Source: Pelagomonas calceolata (lineage: Eukaryota). Taken from it: a DNA stretch of 64,000 nt. The position numbers and the translations under genes were made by a program. The notes under the pieces were generated by a model. It made no database searches. It was given only the letters and a program-made list of their open reading frames with translations, and was not told the DNA's origin. Location: the NCBI GenBank assembly GCA_918797485.1, contig CAKKNE010000002.1:1178001-1242000 (forward strand), given 5' to 3'. Shown here one piece after another: positions 51,087 to 62,800 of the stretch. Every line of letters starts with the position of its first letter. The first letter of the stretch is position 1.

Positions 51087-51341
51087 TTTTGAGTCACTCT
51101 GATCAACGACAGCGTCGATAGGGAACCGCTACAGGTTACCAGCTGGGCGCTGAGCTCATTTCCGCGTCACTTATTTGCGGCGATACCAAGAGAAGCTCCG
51201 CCTGCGGCTGCGGAGCCTGGACAGCTTTGCAAGGTCAGGGCTAGCTGCAAGCCTTTGTGAGCCGCGCGCCGCACACGAATCGCCGCGCGCGCTGCACACG
51301 AGCCGCACGACTGCGCCGCCGCGCCGCAGCGCACCAACACG

Positions 51342-54195
51342 ATGCGCCGCGTCGCCAGCGCCCCGTCGGGCAACCTGCGGAGCGGCTCGTTGCTCCCTTT
51401 GCAGAGACGCGACTCGCCGCGGATGAAGGCAACACCAAGCAGGTGGGCGCGGCTCTCGCGCCAGGCGCCGCGGTTGTGTGGTTTCCTGATTGTCTTATTA
51501 GTGATAGCGCGGACCTTCGTGCTCCCGCAAGCCGTGCGCAGCGAGCGGAGCGAGCACCCCGATGCCTTCCACAATGCGGACAAAGTGAGCTGCCCCCGCT
51601 GGTACGACCAGTCCTCCGGCGCGACCATCAAATTACCAAGAGGCGACTGGAAGGTCGGCAAGCACCACCGGCCGCGCGTGTTTTTGTACAGCGTCTTTGG
51701 TTCTTCGTTGGAATCCACTCGACTCGCGAAGCACTTCCTCGACTTTTATGTGAGGAGGGCGGGCATCGCACCGGAGCGGATCCACGTCACGGTCCACGCG
51801 TCGCACGAGCACGACGAGCACGCCCAGACCCTACAGAATCTATTAGATAAGAATAGAGTGCACTACGACTTGTGGATCGGCACGTTCACGTCCGAAACCA
51901 AAGCGTGGCATCGGGACAAGCTCACGCAGAAGACGCTCGACAAGGACGACTGGTTAATAGTCGCGGACGTCGACGAGTTGCACCAGTTCCCTGGAGTTCG
52001 AGCACATGACGGCTCCGCGACGATAGACACGCCGTCGGACGGCACGGCGCCCGTCGACGCCTTTTTGGCTCATGTGGCCGAACGGGGCGCGAATTACGTA
52101 TTGGCGGCGTGGGAGGACCGCGTCGCCGAGGGCGGCCACCTGAACCACATCCAGGACAAAGTACCTCTAGAAAGGCAGTTTCCGTTGCGGTGCCGCATGA
52201 CGGAGTGGACGACGCCGGAAAAGACGTCGCTGATCACGTCGTTTTTGCCGAAGGCCGAGGACCACAAGGTCATCGCGTCGCGGAATTACCTGAAGGTTCA
52301 CAGGAGCGCGCATAAAATACGGTGGGCGTCGTACTGGGAGGCGATCTTCACGTTCGGGCGCGTGTCGTGGCCGACCGTCTACGTACCTCGAAGTCACGGA
52401 GGGCCTTTTACCGCACCCGTCAGTGAATCGGAGCCGAAAATGATCTTGAACTTGATGCGGTCGCCTCGACGTCGTCGATGCGGCCGCCAGAGAGCCCACG
52501 CGTCGTGTCGCGACGGCTTCTGCTCGCGGACGTCTTCGTGAAACGTGGGTCCACGCAGGTCAAGTCGCAGCACTACAAGTGGATCGCTGGTTTAGTACCT
52601 TATCTAGATAGACGAGTGAGAGTATATGAGAAGTGCGGCCTGCTGTGGTCCTACGAGTCCGCTGCTGTTGTAGATAGGTTAGAATCGTACGGTGGTCGCG
52701 TGTGTGTGACGTGTGGCGAGTTGGCCTGTGCCCACGCTTCACCCGTAGAACGGAGGCGTGTCGCCATCGTCACGTCCGTGTGGGACGAGCATATCGATGG
52801 CGTGTCGATCACGATGAATCGCGTCGCGACCTATTTAGAACAGTCTCCCGTCGAGGATGTATTAGTATTGACGCCGCACGACCCGCAAGTGCCCGAGCCC
52901 GCCGTGAAAGGTTTAGACAGAATACCGAAATTTAGTACCGGAAGTATACCGGTCTTCGCTTTGATTGGAAGGAACGACTACGTCATGGGCGCGCCTCTCG
53001 CCAAGGCGTCGTCCGATGTTCTGACGTCGTACGACCCCGACGTGGTGCATCTCGTGTCACCGGACATCCTTGGGTTCTCGGCGCAAAGGTGGGCGCGCGA
53101 CAACGGGGTCTGCGCCGTATGTACCTACCATACGCAGATCGACCGGTATGTGCGCTTTTATACCGCCAAGCATTCCTTGTTGGACAAATTACGGCCTAGA
53201 ATAGCCGTCCAGAAGCTGTTCTCGACGTTCTACGGCGGCTGTGACGTGGTAGCAGTCCCAAATTCGGCCATCGCCGATAAGCTAGTGCTGAAGATGGGCA
53301 TCCCCCGCGCGAAGATCGGGCTGTTTCCGTATTGTCGCGGCGTCTTGTTTTTGCTTCCGTGCGCGGCGATGCCGTCGACGCGACGCCGCCGCGGTGGCGT
53401 AGGAGTACTCGATCGTGACGATCGCGGCGATGGCGTGCGGTGGGCTTTACACCACCTCGACGCCATCGATGCGGCGGTGCGCAGAGAGAGGCGGGACTCG
53501 AACACAAAACCACCTCCACGCCATCGTCGTGACGCCATAAATCACACAGGCGCGGCGTCAACGCGACGCAGTACAACCCCGGGAAGCGCTCGAAGGCACT
53601 AAGAGCGAAGTTCGGCGCGGACGACAGTAATGTGGTCGTGCTCTGGGCCGCGCGCTTAGTTCCCGAGAAGGGCGCGGACCTCTTCGCGGACGCGTTCGTC
53701 GCCTTGTTCAACAACAAGACGCTGCTCGAGCACTACCCGGGCGTGATAGATAGGATTCGGATCGTGGTCGTCGGCTCGGGCCCGTCGCGGGCCCAGATGG
53801 AGGCGGCGCTGCCGCCGGACCGGACGGTGTTCTTCGGGCATCTCGTGGGCGACGAGCTGCGGGCCGCGTACGCGTCGTCGGACGTCTACTTCTTCCCGTC
53901 GCACACGGAGGCCTTCCCGAATACGTTGCTCGAGGCCCAGGCGTCCGGATTAGCTGTCTTGGCGCCGGCCTACTCCGTGAACCGAGCTCTGGTGCCGGCG
54001 GGCTCGGGCCATCTGGTGGACGAGCACGCGGGGGCCGAGGAGTTCGCCGACGGGCTCTTCACGTTGTTGCGCGACCCGCGGTATCGGAGGGCCATCGGCA
54101 AGGAGGCCGTGCGGGTGGCGCGGAACCGGACGTGGGCGAAGGCTTTCGACGGGCTTACGACGTGCTACGATCGGTGCAAGGCGCTGCGGCGGTAG
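51342..54195 (+). CDS. Type II membrane bifunctional glycosyltransferase (GT-A/GT2-like plus GT4); introns ~52419-52558 and 53329-53549
   Basis: TM 'LCGFLIVLLVIA'; DxD 'WLIVADVDEL'; GT4 'VAIVT...IDGVSIT', 'FP|RGVN', 'FPSHTEAFPNTLLEAQASGL'. The first intron donor could alternatively be 52383. Confidence 0.8.
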
Positions 54196-54424
54196 CGTGT
54201 TCGCTTGGCGCGCCCCGCGAACTAATTACTATGATTGTGAGGAATTTTGGACCCCTTTCAGTTGCCGGCGCCGCGGGACGACGCGCGTTGTCTTCGGTTC
54301 CTACCCCCCTCTCGTTTTTCGCTTTCTGAGAGAGCGTGGCTTATCTTTGCTAACAAAACGGCGGATGCACGGAGCGATCTGTCAATACCCGCGCGCGGTT
54401 TTGCTCATTGTGGGCTTTGTCTAG

Positions 54425-54667
54425 CGGCTCCGGCCTGAGGTCTGTCAGGAGCAGAACTGGCTCGAGTGCCGCGACATGTTCGAATGCCTCCGGGCGTTGG
54501 GGTCGTGGAAGGCGGTTGCGCGACGCCCGCACGTAAAAATGCTCGTCCTGCGGGCCCTCGTCGTCCGCGACCGGGCGACGACGCGCGACGTGACTCTACG
54601 CCGACTCGTGACGCTGCCCGACGTGGTCCTCTGGCGCGTGCTGAGCTTCTGGCGCGCGACGGAGTAG
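54425..54667 (+). pseudogene. Orphan C-terminal fragment resembling tails of ankyrin-type family proteins
   Basis: Reads ...GSWKAVARRPHVKMLVLRALVVRDRA...LPDVVLWRVLSFWRATE*; preceded by an in-frame TAG at 54422. The family assignment is from recollection only. Confidence 0.45.
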
Positions 54668-54756
54668 TCCACATGTGAAGCCAAATGTGACTAACGTACT
54701 AGTAGTATGACTCGGAAAGTCTAGAACTGGGGAACCCACACTTTAGCGCGGACCCC

Positions 54757-56441
54757 CTAGATGCCCCCCTTCTTCGCGCGGTAGAACTGGAGGTATGACA
54801 TGTGCTCATCCCCACCACCCTTCAGGCCCTGGACGAACTCCCAGGACGACTCCGAGACGAGGTCGTCGTCAAAAACGAGCCACGACCCATCTTCCCTTTT
54901 GACCCAGCCCATGTAGTGGCCGCCGTCCGCCGACCTTCCTTTGTGTGTGACAATAGCAAAGAGCTCGTAGTGGCCCTGGAAGTCCTTGTCGAGGCCGCAC
55001 GATTCTAGTAATTCCCGGTTCTTCACGGCACTATCGTCCTCCATGGACAACGCGAGAGCGGCAGCTAAATCTTCATCGGGCTCCTCGACGTCCATCTTCG
55101 CCTTTTTTTCCTCGGGCTCGTCCTCAGTCTTCTTGATGTCGACGCGCTCGCCGAATTTGTCGCGGTTCGCCTTGATCGCTTTTTGGAGGTCCGCGTTGCA
55201 GTAGGGGAACACGTCCAACGTGTCCGTGAAGGACACAGGACGCATGATCTTGCACTTGACGCCCGTGTGGTCGGCGCTGTCGGGCGTCGCCTTCCAGAAG
55301 AAGCGCATGTACTGCACACATAAGTACGGCGAGAGCTTGGCTACTGATGAAGTCTTCGTCCAGACCGCGTCCCTGCCCAGGATCTGGGAGCGCTTTTCTA
55401 AAGAGCCGACGAGTCCTAATTTCAAACCCTCGAACAAGTGCGACACATTTTCTCCCACGGTGCCTCCTTGAATGTTGCACACGAGCTTGCGCGCCGTGTC
55501 CTTGCGCACCACTTCGGGCTCCTCCGTGCATTCCGGGCAACTAAGACGTTCTTCCAACTCCAAGCCAAAGAGCTTATCCACAATATTGGAATCGCCGTCC
55601 TTTAATGAAGACGCTAAGGTAGCTAACAACGACGAGTACAACTCCTCCGCATCCTGCTGCGCGAAGCCTCCCCCTCGGCCCCGCTGCGCGAACTGCGGGA
55701 AGGCACTTCTCAGGGTGGCAACGAACGTCGCCGGCTCGACGGGCTTCGTCGAGGCATCTAGCTGCGCGTAGGTCGAGTTGAGGGCACCGGCCAAATCTTG
55801 AGATTGCGTCTGTTTGAGGGAATCGCGGAGCTCAGGGACCGCTCTTAAACATTGTAAGGTCGAGTTCATGTAGCACGTGTTCCCCAAATTGGCGAAGCCC
55901 GCCGGTAGGACTAATCCACTTTTAGCTTGGTCCTCCTCCTGCGCGGAACCGAGACACTGTTGTGAGACGCGGCGCGTCGACGGCGTGGCATCGCGTCGAC
56001 GCCATCGACGCGACCACGGCCTCTCTCGCGGGGCGCGTCGGCCCGACGCGGTTCGAAACAGCTCAAAATTGGGAAAAAAAACACCCACGACCTCGTCTCA
56101 TGAAGAAGACGCGCGCCGATGGCGTCAAGGCCCCATGGAAGACGCGGACTCCGTACCTTCATGTCCTCCAAAAACTTCGTCTCGACCTTGGGCTTGAGTA
56201 AGACGTCGGCCGTGCCCATGAGCGTCACGTTCTGGCCGTCCTTCAAATCCATGGCCATGCCACTCTTCAAAACGCCGCGCCAGGCCCCGCGGGCCATGAG
56301 CTTCTGGCGCGCGACCGGGACGCCCGTTTTTGATTGGAGGTCGTTAAATAATTCATCTGGCGTTTGATTGGGCTTGATCTCGCAGGGCACGTTCTCCTTG
56401 CCCCACTTCACGTTAATTTTTATGGTCGCCATGGCGGACAT
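54757..56441 (-). CDS. USP14: Ubiquitin-specific protease USP14/UBP6; exons 56441-56157, 55938-54757
   Basis: UBL 'INVKWGKE...TGVPVARQKLM...LMGTAD'; Cys box 'GFANLGNTCYMNSTLQ'; 'QQDAEE'; His box 'THKGRSADGGHY'; 'GGGDEH'; 218-nt GT-AG intron. Confidence 0.95.
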
Positions 56442-56840
56442 CGAGCGCTGGCGTGTCTTGTGGAAAGGCGACCGGTGTCTCTGTTGCGCTTGTCGCTCGG
56501 CACAGCTGTGCAGAAGCAGCGGAGCGGTGCGTCGACAGCGTCACGAGATGTCGGAGCGACTAGGACGTGTGCTCTAGGCAGGCGCGGCTCGACGATGACT
56601 TTCGAGTTTGACCCCAACCGCTAGTATGTCTATTCTAGGGTTGCTTGGCGGAAGCTCAGGGAGACATGCCGCGGAAGCTTAGCTCGAAGACTGTTGCGCG
56701 GCGGTCAGAATTTGAAACGTAGAGTACCCGCACCTCGATCAGCGCAGCTCCATCTCCCACAGACTGAGTTTTGAGCTGCGGAACGCACGCGTCGCCTCGG
56801 CGGGACAAAGATGGGGCTGCCTCGGGACGCCAAGTAAACG

Positions 56841-59800
56841 ATGCGTCGAGGGCTGCTGCTGGGGCTGCTGCTGCGCGCGGCCGCGGATGACCGCGTCGTG
56901 CCAAGGAGGCTGGACACCGCGGTGCCGCCGTGGCTTGTACGCGGCGCGGACCTCGAGGCGGTGCCCCTGGACGTGACGCGGGCGCTGCCACTCGAACCCG
57001 GCGGCGGCAGCGCGCATCGGGGCCTGCAATCCTCCTCCGACGCCTGCGACTACGTCTCCGTGTCGGGCTCCACCGGTTGGTCCTCCTATCACGGCCTGTA
57101 CAATTCGACCGGAACCTGCGACTCCAAGCCCTCGTACGAGTGCCTCGACTGCAGCGGCTCGGGTCGAAAGATTTGGCATCACCCTTATGGTTATTGGTTC
57201 ATGGGCACGGACGGCTGCGACTCGACCGCTTCGGGCATAAACATCATCTCAAACGACGATCTCGAGGACGTGTCCGGAGATTGGAGGGAGTGGGACGGGT
57301 CCGCGTGGTCGGCCAACTCCGCCATCGCAGTCACGTGCTACTCGTATTGTAAGGAGATTCCCGGCTCGACGGACAAGTATAGGTGCTTCGACTGCGCCGA
57401 CGCGAGCGCCCCGGCGAGCGTCGGCGACGGCCAGTGTGATGCCGCGAACAACGTCGATCCGTGCTACGACGGCGGCGATTGCTGCGAAACGACTTGCGTC
57501 GACGGCAGCTCCACGTGCGGCTCCTACGACTGCAAAGACCCCGACGCGCCCCCGGTGCCGGACCCGTACTACCCCGACGCCGCGTGGTACCTCGAAGCGA
57601 TCCGCGCGCCCGAGGCGTGGGCCGCGGGCTACACCGGCGATGGCGTCCAGATCCTCATCAACGACGACGGCGTCGACAACACGCACCCGGATCTTGCGAA
57701 GCTCGACGTGGCCAACTCGTGCGCCGTTTATGCCCCGTGCACGGGAAGTGACGGCACATATGATACTCACGGGACAAACTGTGCGGCGATTGCGGCTGGC
57801 GACTCGAACTCGGCTTGCGGGGTCGGCGCCGCGCCGGACGCCGGCATCGCGTCGTGCGTCCAAAGCTTTAGCAATTGCCCCAGCCCCTCAAGTGAGGACA
57901 CCCTCACGCACAACTACAATGTGAACGATATATCGTCGAACAGCTGGATTATCTACAGGTGCGCGGAATACTCAACCTCGGCGACGGACTGCCCGTTCGC
58001 GTGTCCGTCGGTGAGCTCGGCCGACTGCCCGTGCGACGCGTGCGATGGCGACGACTGGGCGTCAGGGAACCTCTCGTCAACGTGCAAGGATGCTGTCGTG
58101 GATTACTGCACGACCTACTTCGACGACGACGTGACGCCCTGCTTGGAATTGGACCACTACTTCGTCGAGTGCGGCTACAGCCAGATATCGACCAGCGGGC
58201 ACAACAGTCTTGTCGATGGCACGACAAACGGTCGGGGCGGCCTGGGCACGGTGTACGTGTTCGCCGCGGGCAACGAGTACGACCGCGGCGAAGACGTCAA
58301 CTACGCGGGCTACCAGAACAGCCGGTTCACGATAACTGTCGGCGCCGTCTACGCCGATCTCACGCACTCCGACTACTCGCAGAGTGGCGCCCCGGTCTTC
58401 ATCGCCGCGCCCGGCGGCGACGGGGGCGACATGGCCGTCGCGAAGCCCGTCGGGAACGGCGTGACCGATGATTGCGCCGACGCGGGCCAGGGCACGTCCT
58501 TCGCGGCCCCGCTCGTCTCCGGCGTCGCGGCCATGGTCCTGGAAGCGAACCCCAATTTGACGTGGCGCGACGTCCAGGGGGTGCTCGCCGCGACCGCGCG
58601 GACCGACTTCAACGACGAGGACGACGAGACCGGCCAGTGGACCACGAACCAGGCCGGCGTCAAACACAGCTACAAGTACGGTTTCGGGCTCGTCGACGCG
58701 CTGGCCGCGACGGCAGCGGCGACGACCTGGACGACCCTCGGCGCCGAGATCACGCTCGTGACGGCGACGACGAGCGGCGCGGCCCTGCTCGACTTCGACG
58801 GCACCGAGCACTGGGTCGAGTCGGAAGCGGCGGAGTTCGGTTCGTCCGACTTTGTCATCGAAGGCGTCTCGGTCTACGTGACCATCGAGCATCCAAGGAG
58901 AGGCGATTTGCGGATCGAACTCGAGCGAAACGGCGTCACTTCGCTCTTGACGGACGACAAGCTCGAGCTCGGTACAGACTACACGAACTGGAAGTTCACC
59001 ACGCTTCGGCACTGGGGAGAGACCGCCGACAGCGGCGCGTTCACGCTCCGCGTCGCCGACCAGCGTGCGGGCTCGGGCGACGACGACGACCTCGGATCGC
59101 GGCGACGGCTCGACGACGACGACGGCGTACTGGTATCGTGGACGCTGCAGCTCTACGGTCATGATAGCGACACGTCGACGCCGTGGACGCCGCAGCCGAC
59201 ACCTCGGGGGGGTTGTGATTCCGTCGCCGTGTCGGGCTCCACCTCTCAATCCAGCAGGCACGGAACGTACTTACCTGACGGCAGATGCGAGGATAACGAG
59301 GATAATGTCTACTACAAATGCTCCGACTGCAGCAGCACGAATTACCTCTGGTATCACGACTCTTACGGCAGATGGTACATGGGCCCAGACGCAGTGGGCG
59401 AAGACGGAGTCGTCTGCAGCTCGTCCCTTTCGGGCATTTACATCATATCAGACGAAGACCTCGAGGACGTGTCCGGAGATTGGAGCGAGTATACTAGCTC
59501 TGGGTGGTCGGCCAACTCGAACATCGTTGTTCAATGTAGCTCATCGCCGTCGCCGTCCACGATGCCGACGGGGCAGCCCACGGCTCTGCCGACGGCGACG
59601 CCCATGCCGACGGGGCAGCCCACGGCTCTGCCGACGGCGACGCCCACCGCGATCCCGTCGTCCGCGCCAACGGCCGTGCCCTTGTCTGGGCCGACATCCC
59701 CGCCTTCGGCTACTCAAGAGACCTACGAGCCGACGGTCGAGGAGACCGCGGCGCCGAGCTACGTACCATCGAGCGCGCCTACATATCCGCCGACGGTCGA

Positions 59801-62800
59801 GGAGACCGCGGCGCCGAGCTACGAGACGTGGGTCCCCACGACTGCGCCGCCGAGTTATGTGCCGTCCAGCGCCCCGACCGCGGCGCCGGCGGCCCCCACG
59901 ACTCCGCTGCCGAGTTATGTGCCGTCGAGCGCCCCGACCGCGGCGCCGGCGGCCCCCACGACTCCACCGCCGCCGAGCTACGTGCCGTCGAGCGCCCCGA
60001 CCGCGGCGCCGTGGGACTCACCGACTCCGCCGCCAAGTTACAAGCCGACGCCCTCGCCGACGGTAACACCCGGAAATCCCACGGCGGCTCCCGTATTTGC
60101 GCCGACGCCGCGGCCTTCGTCGCCGCCTTCTAGCGCCCCGACCGCGGCGCCGACAGTGACCGCGGCGCCGACCCTTGTCTTCAGCCCTACGTTCCAAGAG
60201 ACCTACAAGCCGACGGTCGAGGAGACCGCGGCGCCGAGCTACGAGACGTGGGTCCCCACGACTGCGCCGCCGAGTTATGTGCCGTCCAGCGCCCCGACCG
60301 CGGCGCCGGCGGCCCCCACGACTCCGCTGCCGAGTTATGTGCCGTCGAGCGCCCCGACCGCGGCGCCGGCGGCCCCCACGACTCCGCTGCCTACGTTCCA
60401 AGAGACCTACAAGCCGACTTATGTGCCATCAAGCGCCCCGACCGCGGCGCCGGCGGCCCCCACGACTCCGCTGCCTACGTTCCAAGAGACCTACAAGCCG
60501 ACTTATGTGCCATCAAGCGCCCCGACCGCGGCGCCGGCGGCCCCCACGACTCCGCTGCCTACGTTCCAAGAGACCTACAAGCCGACTTATGTGCCATCAA
60601 GCGCCCCGACCGCGGCGCCGGCGGCCCCCACGACTCCGCTGCCCTCGACGCGGCCGACGCCCGCGCCGAGTTATAGACCGACGCCCTCGCCATCGCCGTC
60701 GCCGTCCACGGGGCAGCCCACGATTCTGCCGACGGCGTCGCCCGGGCCCTCGCCAGGCCCCACGGCAGTGCCGACGGCCGAGCCTACTTTTGAGCCGACC
60801 GCCGCGCCCAGCGCGGCGCCCTCGGCCGCGCCAACGGTCACGCCGACGCTGGCGCCGACGCCCGTTCCCAGCCCGGTGCCGACACAAGCTCCAACGCCCA
60901 GCCCGACAAATGCGCCGTCAACTGGACCCTCGCCAGCTCCGACGCTAGCGCCGACGGTCGAACCTACTTTGGAGCCAACCGCCTCTCCGACCGCGGCGCC
61001 CTCGGCCGCACCAACGGTCACCCCGACGCTTGCGCCGACGCCGGCTCCGAGCGTGGTGCCGTCGTTGGCTCCAAGCCCTAGCCCGACGGTCGCGCCGTCG
61101 CCCGGGCCGTCGCCAGGTCCCACGGCCGCGCCAACGCCGGGGCCTTCGCCTGAGCCGACCATAGCGCCCAGCGCGGCACCCTCGGCCGCCCCAACGGTCA
61201 CACCGACGCTCGCGCCGACGCCGGCTCCCAGCGCGGTGCCGTCGCTGGCGCCGACGCTGAGCCCAACCACGGAGCCTACTCAGGAGCCGACCGCCGCGCC
61301 GACGGCCGAGCCCACGGGCATACCCACGACGCCATCTCCAAGCGCGGTTCCGTCGATGGCTCCGACGCCTCTCCCGAGCGCGGCGCCGAGCTCTGGGCCG
61401 ACGCGAGCTCCGACCGCGCTGCCGACGCTGCGCCCGACGGCCTCGCCAACTTCTCAGCCGACGCTCACGCCGACGGCCACCCCCACGAGTATGCCTACGA
61501 CACCAGCTCCGAGTGCGGTACCCACGCTCGAACCTACGAGCGAGCCCACGATCGAGCCTACGGCGGAGCCCTCTGTGGAGCCGACGAGCGAGCCGACGGC
61601 CGGACCAACTCCGGAGCCGACCGCGGGGCCTACTCAGGAGCCGACGGCCGAGCCGACGTTGGAGCCCACTGCGGTGCCGACGGCCGAGCCCACGAGCGAG
61701 CCTACGGCCAAGCCTACTCGGGAGCCGACGGCTCTTCCGACCACCGAGCCGACCTCGTTGCCCACTTCCTGGCCAACGCACAGACCGACGCCGCGGCCCA
61801 GCCAGCGGCCGACGCCCTGGCCCTCGCCAGCTCCGGCGCCCGCGCCTACCTTTCTGCCGACGCCGCGGCCGTCGCCGGGGCCATCCCCGAAACCGACCCG
61901 AAGTCCCACGCTCAAGCCGACGCCCGAGCCGACGGTGACACCCGGAAATCCCACGGCGGCTCCCGTATTTTCGCCGACGCCGCGGCCTTCGTTTCCGCCG
62001 ACCTCGATGCCGACCAAAATTCCGACGTCTGCACCGAGCCCCCGGCCGACGCCGCTGCCCACGCCGCGACCGACACCGAGTCCCTCTCCGGAGCCGTCGC
62101 ACAAGCCGACGCCCAGCCCGACGACGGCGATGCCGACGACGGCGCTCCCGTCGCCCGCGCCCACGAGCGTGCCCACGATTTCGCCGCCGCCGTCGCCGGT
62201 GCCGTCTCTGGCGCCAACGACCATAAACTACCGCCTCGCGGACTTCTCGGTGGCGGCGCCGCCCGAGCTGGCCGAGGCCGCCTTCACGGGGACGGGTCTC
62301 AAAGTAGAGCATCTGGTCGTCAACCTCACGGTCCCAGCAACCAAGCCCGTGAGGGTGACGCTGCGCGGCGGCGGTCGGAGCGGCGGTAACCTCCGCTTCT
62401 ACGACGAGGACTCAGATAACCCGGGCTACGCGCTCACGTCGGACGCCGGAAGCGCCTCCGTCTCGAAATGGATCCCCGCCGGCGACACCAATTGTACGGT
62501 CGCCGCCGGCGCGCTCCGTGATCGCGTCGACAACGGGGACAGCGTCGCCCAGAGCGTCACGGTCCTCCTCTCGTCGACGGACCCGATCTATGGCCGCGCG
62601 CGCGGCTTTGAGAAGACGGTTTCCGTACATGTGCTGGACGTCGACGAGTCGCTGATCGCGGTGAACAAATTCCTGGCGACGACGGACCCCGTCACGTCTG
62701 GCGCAATAACGGCGAAAGCAAAGGAGAACGCCGCGACCTTCGTCTTCACGGCGGCGCTGACGAGCCTACCGTTTTCCGCCGTGCGCCTCGAGGTCGAGGG

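Noticed and set aside
55939..56156. USP14 intron as an intact Introner
   Set aside because: It carries the internal motif but no convincing TIR or TSD; counted only under the shared-motif finding.
56621..56638. CTAG-N10-CTAG in the USP14/protease divergent gap
   Set aside because: Right context, but spacing and core differ too much to count as a copy of the motif.
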